Positions 40,159 to 55,238 of a DNA stretch of 64,000 bases are shown here, piece by piece. Within the stretch, counting starts at the first letter, position 1; each line of letters begins with the position of its first letter. Source of the stretch: Styela clava (lineage: Eukaryota); the NCBI RefSeq assembly GCF_964204865.1, contig NC_135255.1, forward strand, positions 13,330,001 to 13,394,000, written 5' to 3'. The translations under genes and the position numbers were made by a program. The notes below the pieces were generated by a model. That model saw nothing but the letters and a program-made list of their open reading frames with translations. It had not been told where the DNA came from and searched no databases.

Positions 40159-43100
40159 GATCATATTAACAAGCATTGTCTACAGCTTTCTTATTTGTTA
40201 ACTTCTCCGATCTCACAATACTACAATGCTAGTTATATTGTCAATATTCAAATTACATAAATCGTATCGTGCACCTAATTACAGAATTCCATTTATTATT
40301 ATCATTTCATGTTTTGATTATTATCTTGCTTGATATCAATCCTCCATGAGATGACTATGGTCAAAATTAATATTATATAAATAATGAAAAATAAAAAAAG
40401 TATGGTATATATAAAAGATAGAAATGGGAGAAGCATATTTGATTATTAAAGCAGTTGTTTTGTGGAAAACCGCAAATTTCCATTTTATGACAGTTGAAGG
40501 ATTAATTAACATTAACAAACAGACAATTTTTCTTAATACCATTAATTCTTTGGAAGGGAATTTGATGAAAAAACAATGTCATGCGCACTCTAAAATAAAG
40601 GAAATTGATAACCACTGAAGTATAAAGAGCTACTGAGATTATAAGAATTTTGATGTAGAATTCAGTGTTGGTGCATGTGTATTCAAAATATAATGCAATA
40701 AACGTAATAAAGGATCTATAATTAGAAAACATCTCAATACCATACCTGTGTGGCAGCTAAGCTGTCTCCCCTCTTCACCAAAACATCTGCCCACATCATA
40801 GAAATATCAGTCACTTTCTTTTTCATCTGTCTTATCGTTTCCTCATTTATTGACATTTTTTGTATCGCAGTAGTTATAGTTTTACACAAAAAACTGTAAA
40901 TCCAAGAGAAAATTTTTTGTCTCCAATGAAAATGATGTTATAAATATAACTTTGCCATTGACAAGATAGAGTTTGTAAAACCTCATTTGTCTTTTCTTAT
41001 TTTTTCTAACAAAAATGGAAATGAGATAGACAAGAAGAAATTGAAAACTCAGTCAAACCTTTCCTCTTATTACTAGAATCTTATTATTTTCAGGAACAAA
41101 TTATTAAAGTTACAAAATTACTGACATTACATTTTGATAAATGTGGAATGAAAATTTACATTTCGTTTTAAATTTGCGATAATTTTTAGAATAGAAAGAC
41201 ATAAATCAGAATGATATGTTTAATTTGTTACTGTATATATGATACTATGTAAATAAAATCATTCAGTTATTCAGTTGTTTTATTCGTCGATCATGGGGGA
41301 ATGCAACATAGAATTCAATGAAAGGAATAAACAAGTTATAAAGTACTGGTTAGGATGAAGTTAAAAAAATAGAGGATTCTCAATTCTTACTTGCAACTAT
41401 TAGCAGCGTCCAATTTTTGCTGAGATATTTCCAATCGCAATTTTTCCCGAAGTAATTGTAACGCTGATAATGGATCTTCAGTTGATGAAGAATTCTTGAT
41501 AGCAACTGAATCAATCATAATTATAGTAAAATTCGGTGTAACTTTGAAAAATCAGAAAATACAAATGACAGAACTGCCCTAAGGAGTGAAGCCATTGAAT
41601 GGATCAAATATCTAACTGCTAAGGGTTAGGAACATGATTGTCACCACTCTGATTACATGTGTAAGTTCGCAGGTTTGAATCCTGTGAGAGATAATTATGA
41701 GCGAAAAAATGACACGATTACTCGCTGCCATAGGGTGGTTCATGTGACTGCAAACTCATCCCATACCCAACATGGACCGGGAACTGGACAAGAAGCTGTA
41801 GTTCACCATGTGATAAAGCAGTCTTAATGGCATTCCCCTCTGCCAGAATAAATATGTGAATCATCTCCTATGATAATACCTATGATATAGTCCTAATTGC
41901 CATTATATCAAAATTCATACCCTACAGACACACTCTTATTCTTATATTTTCAAATTTTATCTGTGCGAATTTTTCAGTCTCAACGAAAGAAAATATATTT
42001 TCATATGTATTTGGAATGGTAAATTATTTAGTTTGGCCATCCCGGACAATCGCCGTTATCCGAGTGAACAGGTCATAAAGCGTTGAGAATCACCCTCAAT
42101 GGGCATATTCGATAGTCTATTAGGCTACTCATCGTCAAGGTCAGCATGCAGGTTAGAATAGAAATTTTCATCAAGTTTATTCCTTGAATTAGAGTCAAGC
42201 TGAACTTCTAATCCTGGATAAACTTTGATCTCGAGATAATTTCGAGCATTGCTTGCAGAGCTAAAAAGTGACAAAAAATGTTCAAATACGTATTTATTTC
42301 ATTACAGAAACTCAATTAGGAGAATACCGGATTCAGATTCCGATGTTTATTCTTGGTGTGCATGAAACATTGCAGACAATTTTTTTTTAGACTATTTGAG
42401 ATGGACAGACATTGATAAAAACTTGGTATTTTTTAGACACTTGCACCTTCCACTGCCTACAAGGCCCTGTAGAAGCAGCCACTAATAACTCAAAATACTG
42501 TTATATCGTTATCTGGAAAGACCCAAATCTTTTGGTTTGGCATTGCCTACACATTTTATGATATTCCGGGTGAGATGGACTTATGCGGCATTAATCCAAG
42601 ATGTTAAATATTATTAAAGTAACCATGAAACCCTTCCTAATCATATTTTGCTACATTACCTCATATTTGGAAAAAAGCACTGTGGAAGAGTATTGAAATG
42701 CAAGACGTTTAAATATGCCAACCAAAGATGATTAAGATCAGTCGACGTCAAACATTTATTCAAAGAAGATGTAGAAAAGGTGGGAAACTTCTGACATTGT
42801 GGAGAGAATTCTTTTACTGTTACCTGTAGAAATGTTTTCGAATGTTAGAGGGACAAAAGTCGTAAAATAAGGTCAGTCTAGATAAGGGTTATTCAAAATG
42901 AACCTTCCGCTCCACTAGGGGACCCCAGAAAGTTTCCCTCTGGGCAAAAAGCACTTTAACTAGGCTTCATTCACGATGACAGATCTAGAATAACATTCCA
43001 AGTTATTGAGTAAAATCTTGTCTGATATTATGCAGAAAATTTGGAATTGAAAAAAAAAAAAAATTTCTTTTGAAATATTTTGCTCTTGGTAACGAATTAT

Positions 43101-43914
43101 ACATATGGATAGCTATACTATTTCTCATTGTTGTTATTCTTGTTGACGTTATTTGGAAAAAATTGCCAGTACTGCTTGATTTCTCATTTTTAGTACTTGG
43201 ATAGAAAAAGTTGCAAATTTGCTATTGCTTTTATTTTATTTCTCAAATTTTTCTATGAGACCAATATAATTACGAAAAACTTTTAGGGCTTTAATTAAAG
43301 GGGACACTTTTTTATTCCATCACACTGGTCTTTTTTGTCATAATTGGTGCTCTGAGGTCTTAAAATCCTCGTACCGTGACCTTTGATGCACAGAGGGTCA
43401 TATAGAAATGGTTATCTGGCCAGATTGGTTCAACAGTTATTGTTAATATATACCTTCACCATTGGAGCATTAATAAACATCGTTAGTCAAATGAACTTAA
43501 CTTATTGAGACAATGTAACTATTTATTACAAAATTCAAATGATAAGAAATATACTTGAAAATGATTAATTTGATCGAAAAAATAATTCTTACTTTCAACA
43601 ATGGTAAAATCTTTAAGAATTTGGCGATTATAATAATTGAAGTTGAGTTCGTTGCAACACTGTTTGCAAAAGCCATCTTGAAGTAACATCTGGTGATTAA
43701 CCATTTACAGGGATTCCACCTTATAAAGAGAAAGAATATTGATAACAAACAACAATAAAATTTATGAAAAGGTCCCAAAGTCAAAAACAAAGTAAAAGAA
43801 TAACGTAAAAATCACCTTCAACATTATTCAGCAAGTTTGAAATGAGTTGATCGTAAAGAAATTCCCTTTTTACAACATTTAAATCCTACGTCGGAAGCTG
43901 TAAAACAAGTCAAA

Positions 43915-44645
43915 CAATCTTGTGGCATTATGGAATTAGAGGGGTAGCAAACCAACTCCTGGCAACTACTTGACCAATAGAATGCAATTTGTTCAAATTG
44001 GTTCATACTGTTCCCCTACCTTGCCTGTGTCCTCCAGGGATCTTGCTTGTGTCTCAACATTATTCTTAATTTTTATCAGTGATCTTCCCCACAGCTTCAA
44101 AATTGTTCATGATAATCTTCATGATAGCGACAAGTCTCCGGATGTGCTTGAGTCCAGAGTGAACACTAAAATACAAAAAAGTAGCGAATTGATGAAACTT
44201 AGAACTAACATTGAATGTTGAAAAATCAAAAACTATGCTATTGCGGTAGATGCTGTATCAGCTCAGGTTTTTGTCTTCAATTTCAACTTTGTACATGGTT
44301 TACTTTGTCTTGTTCCAGTCTCATTTGCAATATGGAATTGTAGCTTGGGGATCATCTAAGAAAACCTTTCTACGTCGCATCGAAATAATTCAAAACAGCG
44401 CTATGCGTGCTGTACTCTTCACTGAACCAATGTCAAAAATAAACCCCCACTACCATAAGATGCAACTAATCAAAATGGCAGATATTTATAAAAGCGAGCT
44501 ATTAAAACTCATGCACCAGCACCATAAAACTGCCTACTGCATTTTGTCAAACAAATCAGTTGCCAGTGTACACTCTTGTGCAACTCAGTCCGCTGCGTAT
44601 AGCCCATACTATGTGCCTCGCTATTCCCCCAATCAGCCAATTGTT
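43915..44645 (+). mobile_element. Degenerate CR1/L2-type RT fragment (paralog of 12890-13645)
   Basis: Same motifs (SHLQYGIVAWGS, IQNSAMRAV); FADD region decayed. Confidence 0.8.
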
Positions 44646-44784
44646 CTAGATTTATATGGAATGACTGTTATCTTTATTTGTCCATGTTTTTATAATATGC
44701 TATCACCATAATAATTTTCATCAACACTGTGGTTTACTTTGTTTCCAGTATTATTTGCTCCCGTCTGACAGAGCAAAATAACTC

Positions 44785-45235
44785 GGGTCTAGTATAGTTT
44801 AGTACCACAGGTACTTCCAGTGGGCGTAGCATAACGATTTTTGCATATGTTATTCCTAACCCCCACCTGACTCTGCCATCCTAAAATTACGTCAATGCGA
44901 CGTCGCCATCACGTCATAGGTCTCGAAGTATAATTACGATCGCCCGAAATGACATCTGCGCCGTCGATAACAAACTCGCTAAAGCCGGCAAACTCTCTCC
45001 TATCGTGATCGTTGTGACGAGAAAACGAGAGAGATAGCTTGCTCGATTTCGGGTGCTCGTCTGCGCGTTTTGGACGACCATTCGCATACTTTGGTGGGCA
45101 TTATTACGCCACTGTGACGTCGAAATGACGTAATGTTTGGGTGACATAGTCAGGTGAGGGTTAGGATTGACATATGCAAAAATTGTTGAGCCAGGCCAAC
45201 TAGAAGTGCATGTGGTACTAAACTATACCAGACCC
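44785..45235. mobile_element. MITE (451 bp), long TIRs, 8-bp TSD
   Basis: GGGTCTRGTATAGTTTAGTACCACA ends; TSD AATAACTC; empty site at ~13798 in unit 1. Confidence 0.9.
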
Positions 45236-45641
45236 AATAACTCCAGTATGACTTTTTCCCACAAGTTTTTTACCTCAATATCCTCAAGATTCCTTAATAG
45301 GCTATTCATCATCAATATATAAATTTGCATAAATGTTGTATTTTTACCCAAATAGTATGTGCACCTTGCAAGAGTCATAGCACAAAATAACTTTATAGCT
45401 TATGAACTTTTCCAATAACTGAATAAAGGCAAACTTCATTTAATATTCTGTTACCTTTAATACTGTAATAGTCAATGTTCCATAACAGGCTAATCATCAT
45501 TGTATTATTATATTCCATATACGTTGTTTAATAATTTTCCAATAATATGTGTTCCTGGCATTGACATTTTTCTGCATAAAATCCATATTATGTATTTCGA
45601 GTTCAACTGTTGCTGCGGGGAATCCCCATGTAGTTTGTAGT

Positions 45642-45969
45642 GGGCGCGGCGATGTGGCTCATCGTGCTAAGCGTTAGGAATACGCTTGCCACCGCATCTC
45701 TGATTACCCTGCGTGGGTTCGAATCCCATGCGGGGTAGTTATGTGCGAGAGGATTGCTGGACTCTTCGCCGTCGTAGGGTGGTTCACGTAACCGCTGGTC
45801 GGTTACGGCTTCCTCCACCATCAAGTCCATGCTTCCGAAACAAATAACTAACTAATCCCATACCCGACATGGACTGGTAACCGGACGAGAGGCCGTGGTT
45901 CGCCATATGGATAAGCCGTCTTATCGACTTTCCTCTCCCCCGGGATAAATATATAAATCCTATCCTATC
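45642..45969 (+). mobile_element. tRNA-derived SINE (paralog of 14211)
   Basis: A and B boxes and (TCCTA)2 tail. Confidence 0.85.
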
Positions 45970-48900
45970 GTGCTTCGTCCCATCCATACGCTTTGGTCCA
46001 AACCCAGGTTCGCGGGCCACATGTGGCCCACCGCTCCATTATATGTGGCCCGCGTCGCATTTGCGCCAACGTAGACAAAAAATCGCATTTGGTGTTGTTT
46101 CGTCATAAAAATAACCGGAAAAATCTTTTGACATCTTGTTACATCACGAATTTAACTGAATTGACTAGTGTTATGGCTAGTGAAGTTGAATAATATTGTG
46201 CTTGGCTAGTCTAAATTGTCAACTGGCTTTCTATTTTTTTTTGGTCGGGAATATCTGCTAGCAAAATAGGCTTCATAGAAAACTAAAAATCAAATGAGTT
46301 GGTTATGCATGATAACTAAATATTATTGTAATGGCCTAACAATATAACTCCTGCGGGTGTTTTTTTTTTGCAACCAGTCTTAACAATAATACAAAAAATG
46401 CTGCCTATATATCAGAAAATTTAGTAATTACCCTTCTGTATCTCAAATTAGGTAAAATTCGGTAATCAGTCAATTTGCAGTTATTTGTAGGATATTTTGT
46501 AAACATGAGTTTGAAAAGAAAGCTGGTCAATTTAAAGAGATATTTGACTTAATATAGGAAGGAAAATACCACAATCTTTGCTTAAATATGTCTGCAAATT
46601 GTGTCGGTAACAATCTAAAACGGCATTTTCTCATTATGTCATCTCATCCGTTATGAAGAGTTCGATATATTACACTAAATGTAGATATAGTAAGATTTTT
46701 GCACGTTTTAGTGAGTTTTTTGGTGGTTGTTGCATGTTTCAGCTTGATAAATGACAAGTAATGATCAATGTGATTTGAACAATAAAAGCGTTTGTTTTGT
46801 ACTGTTCAACTATTCTTGGCACTACTGTGACCCGCGAACATTACAAAAATAATAGTGTGGCCCGCGAGGCTGACAACTTTGGTCCACCCTGTAGGCATCG
46901 ATGTAATATATTGTGCATAATTTTGATGAATAGGGGTATCTTCAACAGGGGAATACCCCAATTTATAAGTTTGAGTAGTTTCAGGCTCAAGGTGCGTGAC
47001 AAACTTTATGTATTCCACTTTGATATAAAATAATAATATCGCGTGCCTCTTGTGCGGAAAGGACATGCTATTAATCTTTGAAAATTCAACACTTTATCGG
47101 TATACGTAATTTTGATAAATAGGGGCATCCTTGACAGGGAAGACCCCAATCTATAGATTCGAGTATTTTTATAGGCTCAAAGTGTGTGACAAACTTTATT
47201 TATTCCACTTCCAGGTAATTTTGATAAATAGGGGTATCTTCAAACAGGGAAAGATCCCAATTCCTAAGTTCGAGTAGCTCTATAGGTTCTAAGTGTGTGA
47301 CAACTTTATATATTCCGATTTGACATAAAATCGCGTACCTCCTGTGCGGATACCGGTTTTATGTCATATTACCATTTTCAATGAGTTGCATTTACTTTTA
47401 AAAATCAGTTGAATAAAACAAATCAGCCGGTTCCGCGTTCATTATTTTGTTTCAGTTAGTATTGTATTATCTACCACTAGAGATTCTTGTATCGATACCC
47501 AACACCACTAAAATTTATGAGAATGTGATAGATACTTAGTTTATACGCGTAGAACGGCGACGCTACATTTTGTGAACTGGTAAAACTGTCGTCGATTGTG
47601 TCGTGCAGTCCTATTCCCTAACTAAAGTGGAGCCCCAGTTTGAAAAGCCCCTTTCTAGACATTGACAGGGAGAAAAAAAAAGGATGAAAAAAGGGATATG
47701 GATAAATATCAAAATCTTATATCGACATAAAAACTATTCTTTGACAGCCTTGCATTTCTAAATCTGGACAAAATGTAAGGAGATCCAAGTTTGATAACAA
47801 AATGCAGACAAAGTTACGCAAATGTATTTATTAAAAAAAGTAATAATATGCCATCAAAAGCATTTTTGCTTGCAGTGAGTGTCCAAGTGAAAAATGGAAT
47901 ACAGAAACGGGGCAAAGCAGTGACGGAAACATAAATACAAAGACTGAAAAAATAAAAACTGCTGAAGATCAAAAAAATCTTGGATCTTCTGAACTTCCAA
48001 ATTTGCAGAAAATGAGATATTCTAGACAAGGATCTTCTCACGAACTCGACAATAATTGAGCATCATTCACAGGAACAAATCGTCTGCACAAAACTTTGGT
48101 TTAGGTCGGAAGGAATCATCCAGTTTCTTGACAATAATCTGGTGCAGAATTGATCTTCACAAACACTTTCCACCAATTCGTTAAGGTTACACTTAAACTA
48201 AGCAAGTAGTCCTACAATACACCAAGTACTGCATAAAACAAAACAATATTAATTGGCATCTGCAAAGCCCATGAAGGAGCCGAGATGCGAAAATAACAGT
48301 TCATGTTTGTTGTAGAACGGAACCTACTGCAGTATTAAACAGTACTTACTGCAAGTTGAGAAGAACGGGTACTGTAGAATATGTGAATCGAAGATATAGC
48401 TGAAAAAAAATAAGTGGCAAAGATGTGTAGAAAAGATTAATGTTATGTTATGAAAGTTTTTTTTTATATTCTGCTCTATCACAATGGAAGAAAAGTTTGA
48501 TTAGGACAAATACAGGCAACCACCCTGCTGTATCCTAAGGGCGCCCACTTCCGAATACCCTACATTTCTATTCTATTCTGATGCAAAATATACTGTATAT
48601 ACAAAAATGTAAAATATTGAGATGCTTAATATAGTAACAAAGATAACCAACCACTCTCCCCTTTTTATTGCAAGAAATTAACTTAAGGAGTTTTGGGCAG
48701 CAGACATCCTGCATCCATCTGTAACCATGATGAACATCGAATCTTTTCCGGAATAAAATCTTCAGGTTTCGCATATGTTTTCAGAGTGGTGAGATACTGC
48801 AGTAACAGAGAAAACGTATATTAAAACAAACAAATAGTAACAACATTGTGTAGAATGGAAAGGAAAATAGAAAAAAAATTACGAATCAAACAATCCACAA

Positions 48901-50282
48901 TGTCAGTTCTTCTTGCGGTTTCTATACAAGACATCTTGAGTAATTTCCGAAGCAATCAAAACACCTCCAACAGGCAATGCAAGGGTGATTTCAAATATCT
49001 GAAGTTACTATAAACTTTATCTGCCTCTCTTAACACAATACTCTATCCTGTTGTTCCTAAACTGTTCTGATGAAGAGACTAAATACAAGTCGATATAAAT
49101 ATTTAACCTGAAATTTTAGATTGAATGTATTCTAAATATGCATGTTACTATTCGATAATAGGAAGAAAAAAATCCAGGAGCCCTAAGTCTGCTGAAACTA
49201 TACTGAAATCAAATGAATATGAGTTTCTTATTACTTTAAAATGGGACATTCCTACAATAGTGTGAGAAAAAATTTTAAAAGAAAATTTCTTTATTTTTCT
49301 TCAGAATGCAAAATAATAGGAATGTCCATAGAATTCAGACACGACGAAGCCCGGGTTTCAGGGCTATAACATGCAGAAAACGCAATTTACTGCTTTAAAA
49401 TATTGTGAACAAATTGTACAAATTCAAAAACTTGAAGATTCCAGACTTCAAAGTCAAAAATAAAAGAATGACGAAATCAAAGCAAAGGAATAAATTAACA
49501 GTTCAAATGATGCTATTTAAATGATTTGGTTTCTGCAGACTAACTATTTAACTTTTATGCTTTTGTGTCGGTGAATCCATATGCACTCAATGCAAGGATG
49601 CTGTAGTAAGAGTGGAGATAACTATCCTAGTGATTCAAAAGTCTTAATGCACACTAACACAAAGATATTTCTATAACGTTTCATCTGACATTGAACTTGA
49701 AACAATGAAGACAGGCTTTCAAATCAAACTGAAAGACTAGTTCCAACAAGCAAGAATATTAAAACTTCTGGTTTATCACTAGCAAAACAAAGCAGTTTTA
49801 CAATCCAACACTCTGACTCTTGATTCATTGAAATAAGAAAGTGCATCTGATTTCAGTACTAGTTTAAGAGAATAAACATTTAACTGGGGAAAATACAAGA
49901 CACATTCAAAAATCTCATTCTATTCAAGCTGGAAAGTTTCTACCTGCATCTTAAGGACATCTGAAATTGAAACTCTCATAATAGCTAGTAAATCTGAAAG
50001 TATGAAATTATCACTGTACAAATAATAATAGCTAGTTCTCATAATAGCTAGTTCAAATTTGAACCCATAATCTGAAAGTATGAAAATATGACCCACAAAG
50101 AACTTTAAAATGAATGCAATCAAAATAAATCGATTTTACGTACATTTGCAAGAAGCCACATAGTCCCAATTTTTGTACGAAATTATCACTTTACAAATAT
50201 AACAACTTTCTAATTGCACTCACCTGTTGCCCAGGAAACAAAGTTTAAAACATTTAACCAGTTAAGAAAAATTTATATTTAC

Positions 50283-51506
50283 ATCAGTCCACAGCTCACG
50301 AGAATATGGTACTGCATCCACTGACCGCCGGGACAGATGTATTGCCTAAAATAGGGATTATTTTCAATAAACATAATTGTCACTTTGTCAATTTCACAAA
50401 ATCAAAACTTGATACCCGTACCTTTGATATTCTTCCACGAGAGAAAAGTGACGAGACTGATCTAGATCATTTTGTGAAAAAAAAAATATAGAAATTATTA
50501 AGTTCCCTCATGAAACTTTTATAAATCAATTAAAAAAGGATTTAAACATTTAACATCTAATTACTTAGCTTTACATACAACTCCTAAGAAAACATGTTGA
50601 TTACCATAAAACTTGAATAGCAAATATATCAAATATCATTCAAAAAAGATTATTCAAGATTTACTACATTTTCCATATCATCATGTTTTGACAAAATGTA
50701 GTTGAAGTTATCCTCCATAATATGGAAACGATTGTTGAGTCATCTCCAAAACTGAGAAAATGTCGGCAAGCCCTGGAATATAAAAAAAAATTCCATAAAA
50801 TTTGGAATATCTGAGTTAATGTTCCCGAAACCTTGATCTAAAATCCAGATGAAAGTACAGTCAAAATTGAAAAACCAAACAAATATTATTTTTCCATTAC
50901 AAGATAATTTACAAAGACTGTGTATATCAAATACTAATTCTAAATGCCTATGAAGAACGCTAAAGCTGAAATGTTTCTACAATAACATTTCTAAATTTGG
51001 TATACCCTAATGGTCCCTTGTTTGATTGAAAAATTGTTGTCAAAGAAACCCTTTTTCTTGAATATAAATTCACCAAATCAAATACAAATATTTATAAACT
51101 TATTTAAATAGATGTTGCATACTAGTTGGCGCTCCCGAAGTATGTGGACCAAAATAGCAGACACCGGAACGTAGTACGTGTACTAGGTTAGGGTTAGGCC
51201 ATATTTTTATGCCAATTTTCCTTATTTTAGTTCTACTACGAGTTCAGGGACTAGGCAAGTGACTCCTATACTATGTACCTGAAATTATGGCCTAGCCCTA
51301 ACCTGGTACACATACTACGCTCAAGTGTTTGCCATTTTGAATCACATACTTCAGGAGTACCTACTAGTTTACCTTCCAACAAATCACCATTTATCCACTT
51401 ACCTCAATAACAGTGGAACATTATACGGCATCAGATCAGTAAGAAAATTATAAGCAGTTGATATGTGTTGCCTTGTATGAAAGCATGATAAGTAGATAGA
51501 CGCAAC
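50283..51506 (-). pseudogene. ZFC3H1: ZFC3H1-like terminal exons, unit 4
   Basis: Four exons paralogous to 2587-3819. The four exons equivalent to 4657-6748 are missing and replaced by TE sequence at 51797-55240. Confidence 0.7.
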
Positions 51507-51796
51507 CTGAAGTTTATAAAATAGTAAAATCAATATCATCATGTAAATACTGTCATTATCAAAAATCGTTCGGTCTATGCATTATTATATTTTATATTTA
51601 AAATATTTAGTATCCTAAATGAGTTTATTATCATTAAGCAAAAAAGCAAATTCACAAAAATCTTTATTATCCCGAGAATTAGACATAAACATCTATAAAA
51701 AATAAAAAGATATAAATTTTAAATATAATAAACAATAATAACAATAATAAACAACTGTACACTTACTATTAATATGTATCATGTTAGAATCTGGTA

Positions 51797-52391
51797 TTTT
51801 TGATTTGTTCTCTCTATGTGTATACCGGTACTGTTTTAACAATGTTGGCCACGTCAATGTATCAATTAGGCTACCGACCTGCTCACGTGTGATTAGTGTT
51901 TTTCCTAATAATTGCTTTTATGAGTGTCCGCACACCGAATTTGCCGCCATGGTTTTGCGTTTGTTTGTATATTAAACCACTTATCACCTTTTCCGCAATG
52001 CCCAATCTAGCAATCAGTGTAGTTTTCCATGGCTTGGTTATTCTTAAAGCTTTCATGGCTTCATGAGTATGACTATCGTCGCAAATTTATTACATTCCAC
52101 TCCCCACATTATCTTTGCATGAGGTTGTAGGTATTGGTCATTATCAACGTAATTGTTGAAAGAGAGTACAACAGCCCGAAAGTTTATTACTATCGTGTAT
52201 TTTGTTTGTTAAGTTTGGCCCAAGCCTCATTTAATTGGGCTTGTGTTTTTGTGTGCGTGCTGGTGGGCAGGCACATGAGATACTTCATGTTTTAAACTTT
52301 TTTGTAGGTTTTGCTTGCCCTCCAGAATTCTCCATTTTTAATTCAGGTTTATTATGGAGTTTTCGAAATAAACTATCTATCTATCTATCTA
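51797..52391 (+). mobile_element. Probable retroelement 3' end with (CTAT)n tail
   Basis: Absent from units 1-3 at the equivalent site; ends in AATAAA-(CTAT)4. Confidence 0.55.
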
Positions 52392-52399
52392 ACCTAGAG

Positions 52400-52483
52400 C
52401 AGTGCTCTTCAACCGGGTATACACTTGTGTATACCAGACCAAAAGTTGGGTATACAACTGAAAAAGGGTATACGAAAGGTGTA
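52400..52483. mobile_element. Left-end remnant of the same hAT element in unit 4
   Basis: ACCTAGAG + CAGTGCTCTTCAACC..., matching 4093-4184, then broken off. Confidence 0.8.
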
Positions 52484-52710
52484 CGTGGATATCTCTCTCG
52501 TTTATTTATACTTGCGTTTTTTCGTAAAGAACTCGCAAAATCGGTAAACATCAAATACGGTAATCTCACCCGGCGTATTCACATCACAGCGAAGAGTCGT
52601 TATTGCACCATTTTTGCGTTTCCGCTTCACTGTCTAGTTAGCGTAAAATAATAATTAGTTGTGCCGACTCGTAACATTCCGATAAACTGACTGCAAAGAT
52701 CTTTACAGAC

Positions 52711-55238
52711 GTATGTATGTATGTTTATTCGTCTCGTAAAAGCAATATAAAAGAGTAAGTACTTATAAATACTGAAGACGGGATGTATGCACAAGACCAT
52801 ATTGGCCTAAAACACAGATGTGTGGCATACACCCCTTTGATTTATATAAATTATAATAGGGTAAATCAAATATGTACAATATGGTCCTTTATACAGGCAG
52901 TTGTGCGAGGAGGGTGGGTGGATGCGGTAACAGGGATATGGGTGGAGTGTACAAAACTGTTTGTACAAAGGAGTTTGTTAGACAAAACAACATCTATAAA
53001 TAGAGACACAACACAACATGAAACGCAATGCATATGAATATAGTAATAAAAAAATTTAAAAAAAAAAAAAAAAAAATTAAGAATTTGGATGAATGTACAA
53101 TACCATTGAGTGATGATACCACATACTATAAAACGCGGGAATGGTCAAGTTTAAAGGGTGTGTACATATATGGTATGCACCACTCAAGGGCGACAGTGTT
53201 ATAAGTGGTCTATGGCTGTTCTGGCCAAAATGTGACCCTACAGGTTTTGGCAAAATATGATAAAAAAGGTATGTATCAAATGACTCACTATTATAAGGTT
53301 TTTTTTTGAAATTCTGGATTCAGCCAAAAACAATGAAGTTTCAAAAAAAAAAAATTAATAAAAAGCATTTCCACAAAACCTATTATGGTTGCATTTCAGC
53401 CAGAAGATTAGAAAGGTATAAAGGTACAGTGGGATAAGGAATGATAAGTTATAAAGAGAAGCCATTTTACCATGTCATGGATTTTCCAATGTAAATTAAA
53501 ATAATAAAATTATATGGTATCCTGGGATGAGCAGAAGAAAAAGTGTGATTCGGAGATAGGTAGCAACAATGGAAATAAATTGAACAGCATGCTACTCAAA
53601 CAAAAACCATTGTCCCTACTATTTGAGCATTCTATCTATAACCTAAATTGCTGTGCTTTTGTTGTTGTCTAATTACGCATGATAATGAAATTAGAATGGT
53701 GTGCTAGTTATTAATTCAGTCGATTGTTCTATATTGAATCCGGGTGAAGTATCCTGTGGAGTTATTGAAATTGTCAGCTGGTCTATGGTGACTGAAGAGG
53801 AGGACAGTTTCCTGATAGTTCATTCAATCCAAATAATCAACAGCTCTCTCTTTCAGTGTTGAACTGACCTTAAAAAAATAATCTCCAAACAGTAACATGT
53901 TCAAAGCAGAGAAAATTGCTAATATGATGATAATATATATTGTTTAAGTTTGGAACGAAATTCTGAGTTCGATTTTGAATTTTTGATGTCATCGGGTAGG
54001 GAATTCCAAGCTTTTGGTCCACATACTGCGATTGATTCTTGTGAAATACTTTTACTGACAAATGGAATAAAAAAATTATCTTTATTTCTGCTGTTTGAAT
54101 TTGGGTTTGCTTGGAACAGGCTGTTCAGGCTGGACGGAAGCTCTCCAATGTGACAAGAGAACATCATATTACATAGTTCGAATTTAGCTAAATCCACAAC
54201 TCGTAGTAGCCTATGCTCTTTAAATAAGTCATCAATTTTTTCGCGATTACCTCTATGAAAAACTCTTCTAATAAAGCGATTGCAAACACTTTGAATTTTT
54301 TTGAGAATGGACGATTGGCGATGAACATAAGCTGAGGCACAATAACGAATATGGCTTTCTATCAGAGAGTGGTATAGAGATATTAAACAAGATGTATTTA
54401 AGTAGTTGGCTATTTTCGTAATGGCACTAAGAGACGACCTTGTTTTCGATAGAACCATATTGGTGTGTTGTTTCCAAGACAATTTATCATCGATCATTAC
54501 ACCCAGAAAGCGAGTCTGATTAACTCTTTCTATATTTATTCCATTTAATTCCAAATTTTGTTGCAGAGTTGGACACTTTTGCTTCGGCGTGCTAAATATC
54601 ATATATTTAGTTTTATCGACATTAATAGTGAGTTTGTTCGCAGACAACCAAGCTTGAATATTTTCTAAGTCGGTATTTGCCTTGGTCAAAAGTTCATGCA
54701 AGTTTTTGCCTCGAAGATATGGCGTTGAGTCATCAGCAAAAGTATGATATCAGAGTGAAGAAGAGAATTCGGAAAGTCGTTAATAATGATTGAAAAACAT
54801 AATGGAGCCAAAATAGAACCTTGTAAAGTACCTACAGTCAAATTACAGTATGTGCTAGATGCTACATCATTGTATATAACTACTTGTTTCCTTCCTGATA
54901 AGTAGCTTTTAAACCAATTATAACTCTGACCTCTAACGCCAATATGGTGCAATTTGGCTAGTAATATGTCATGGTCAATACTATCAAATGCCTTGGAAAG
55001 GTCCAAGAACATACTGAGAGTATACTCATTCTTATCAAATCCTTCTAGAATTTTACTGACAAGCAGGGATGTTGCATGAGATGTTGAATGATTTTGACGA
55101 AAGCCAAATTGTTGTGAATAAAAGAAATTTTTTTGGTCTAGGAATTGGTTGAGTCGTTTGTACATAATTTTTTCTAGAATTTTTGAAAATGCGGGAAGTA
55201 AGCTGATCGGTCGGTAGTTTTTTACATCTTTTGCATGA
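52711..55238 (-). mobile_element. 5'-truncated non-LTR retrotransposon (CR1/L2 group), RT ORF2 with one frameshift, 3' UTR and microsatellite tail
   Basis: NYRPISLLPAFSKILEK, QFGFR, FLDLSKAFD, QGSILAP, FADD (frameshift at ~54740), then a continuous ORF to the stop at 53919. On the minus strand it ends in AATAAA-(CATA)3-C at 52729-52711. Confidence 0.9.

Larger units (their letters stand above)
33344..43897 (-). pseudogene. ZFC3H1: ZFC3H1-like 3' half, unit 3, disabled
   Basis: Same exon set (e.g. 43897-43816, 40893-40746, exon starting 36864). In-frame stops in the two most upstream exons and a donor GT>AT at ~42132. Confidence 0.75.
32739..47504. repeat. Segmental duplication unit 3 (left end truncated)
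   Basis: Starts at tcctagtgattcaaaagtc (equivalent to 2111) and is colinear with 2111-16377. Confidence 0.85.
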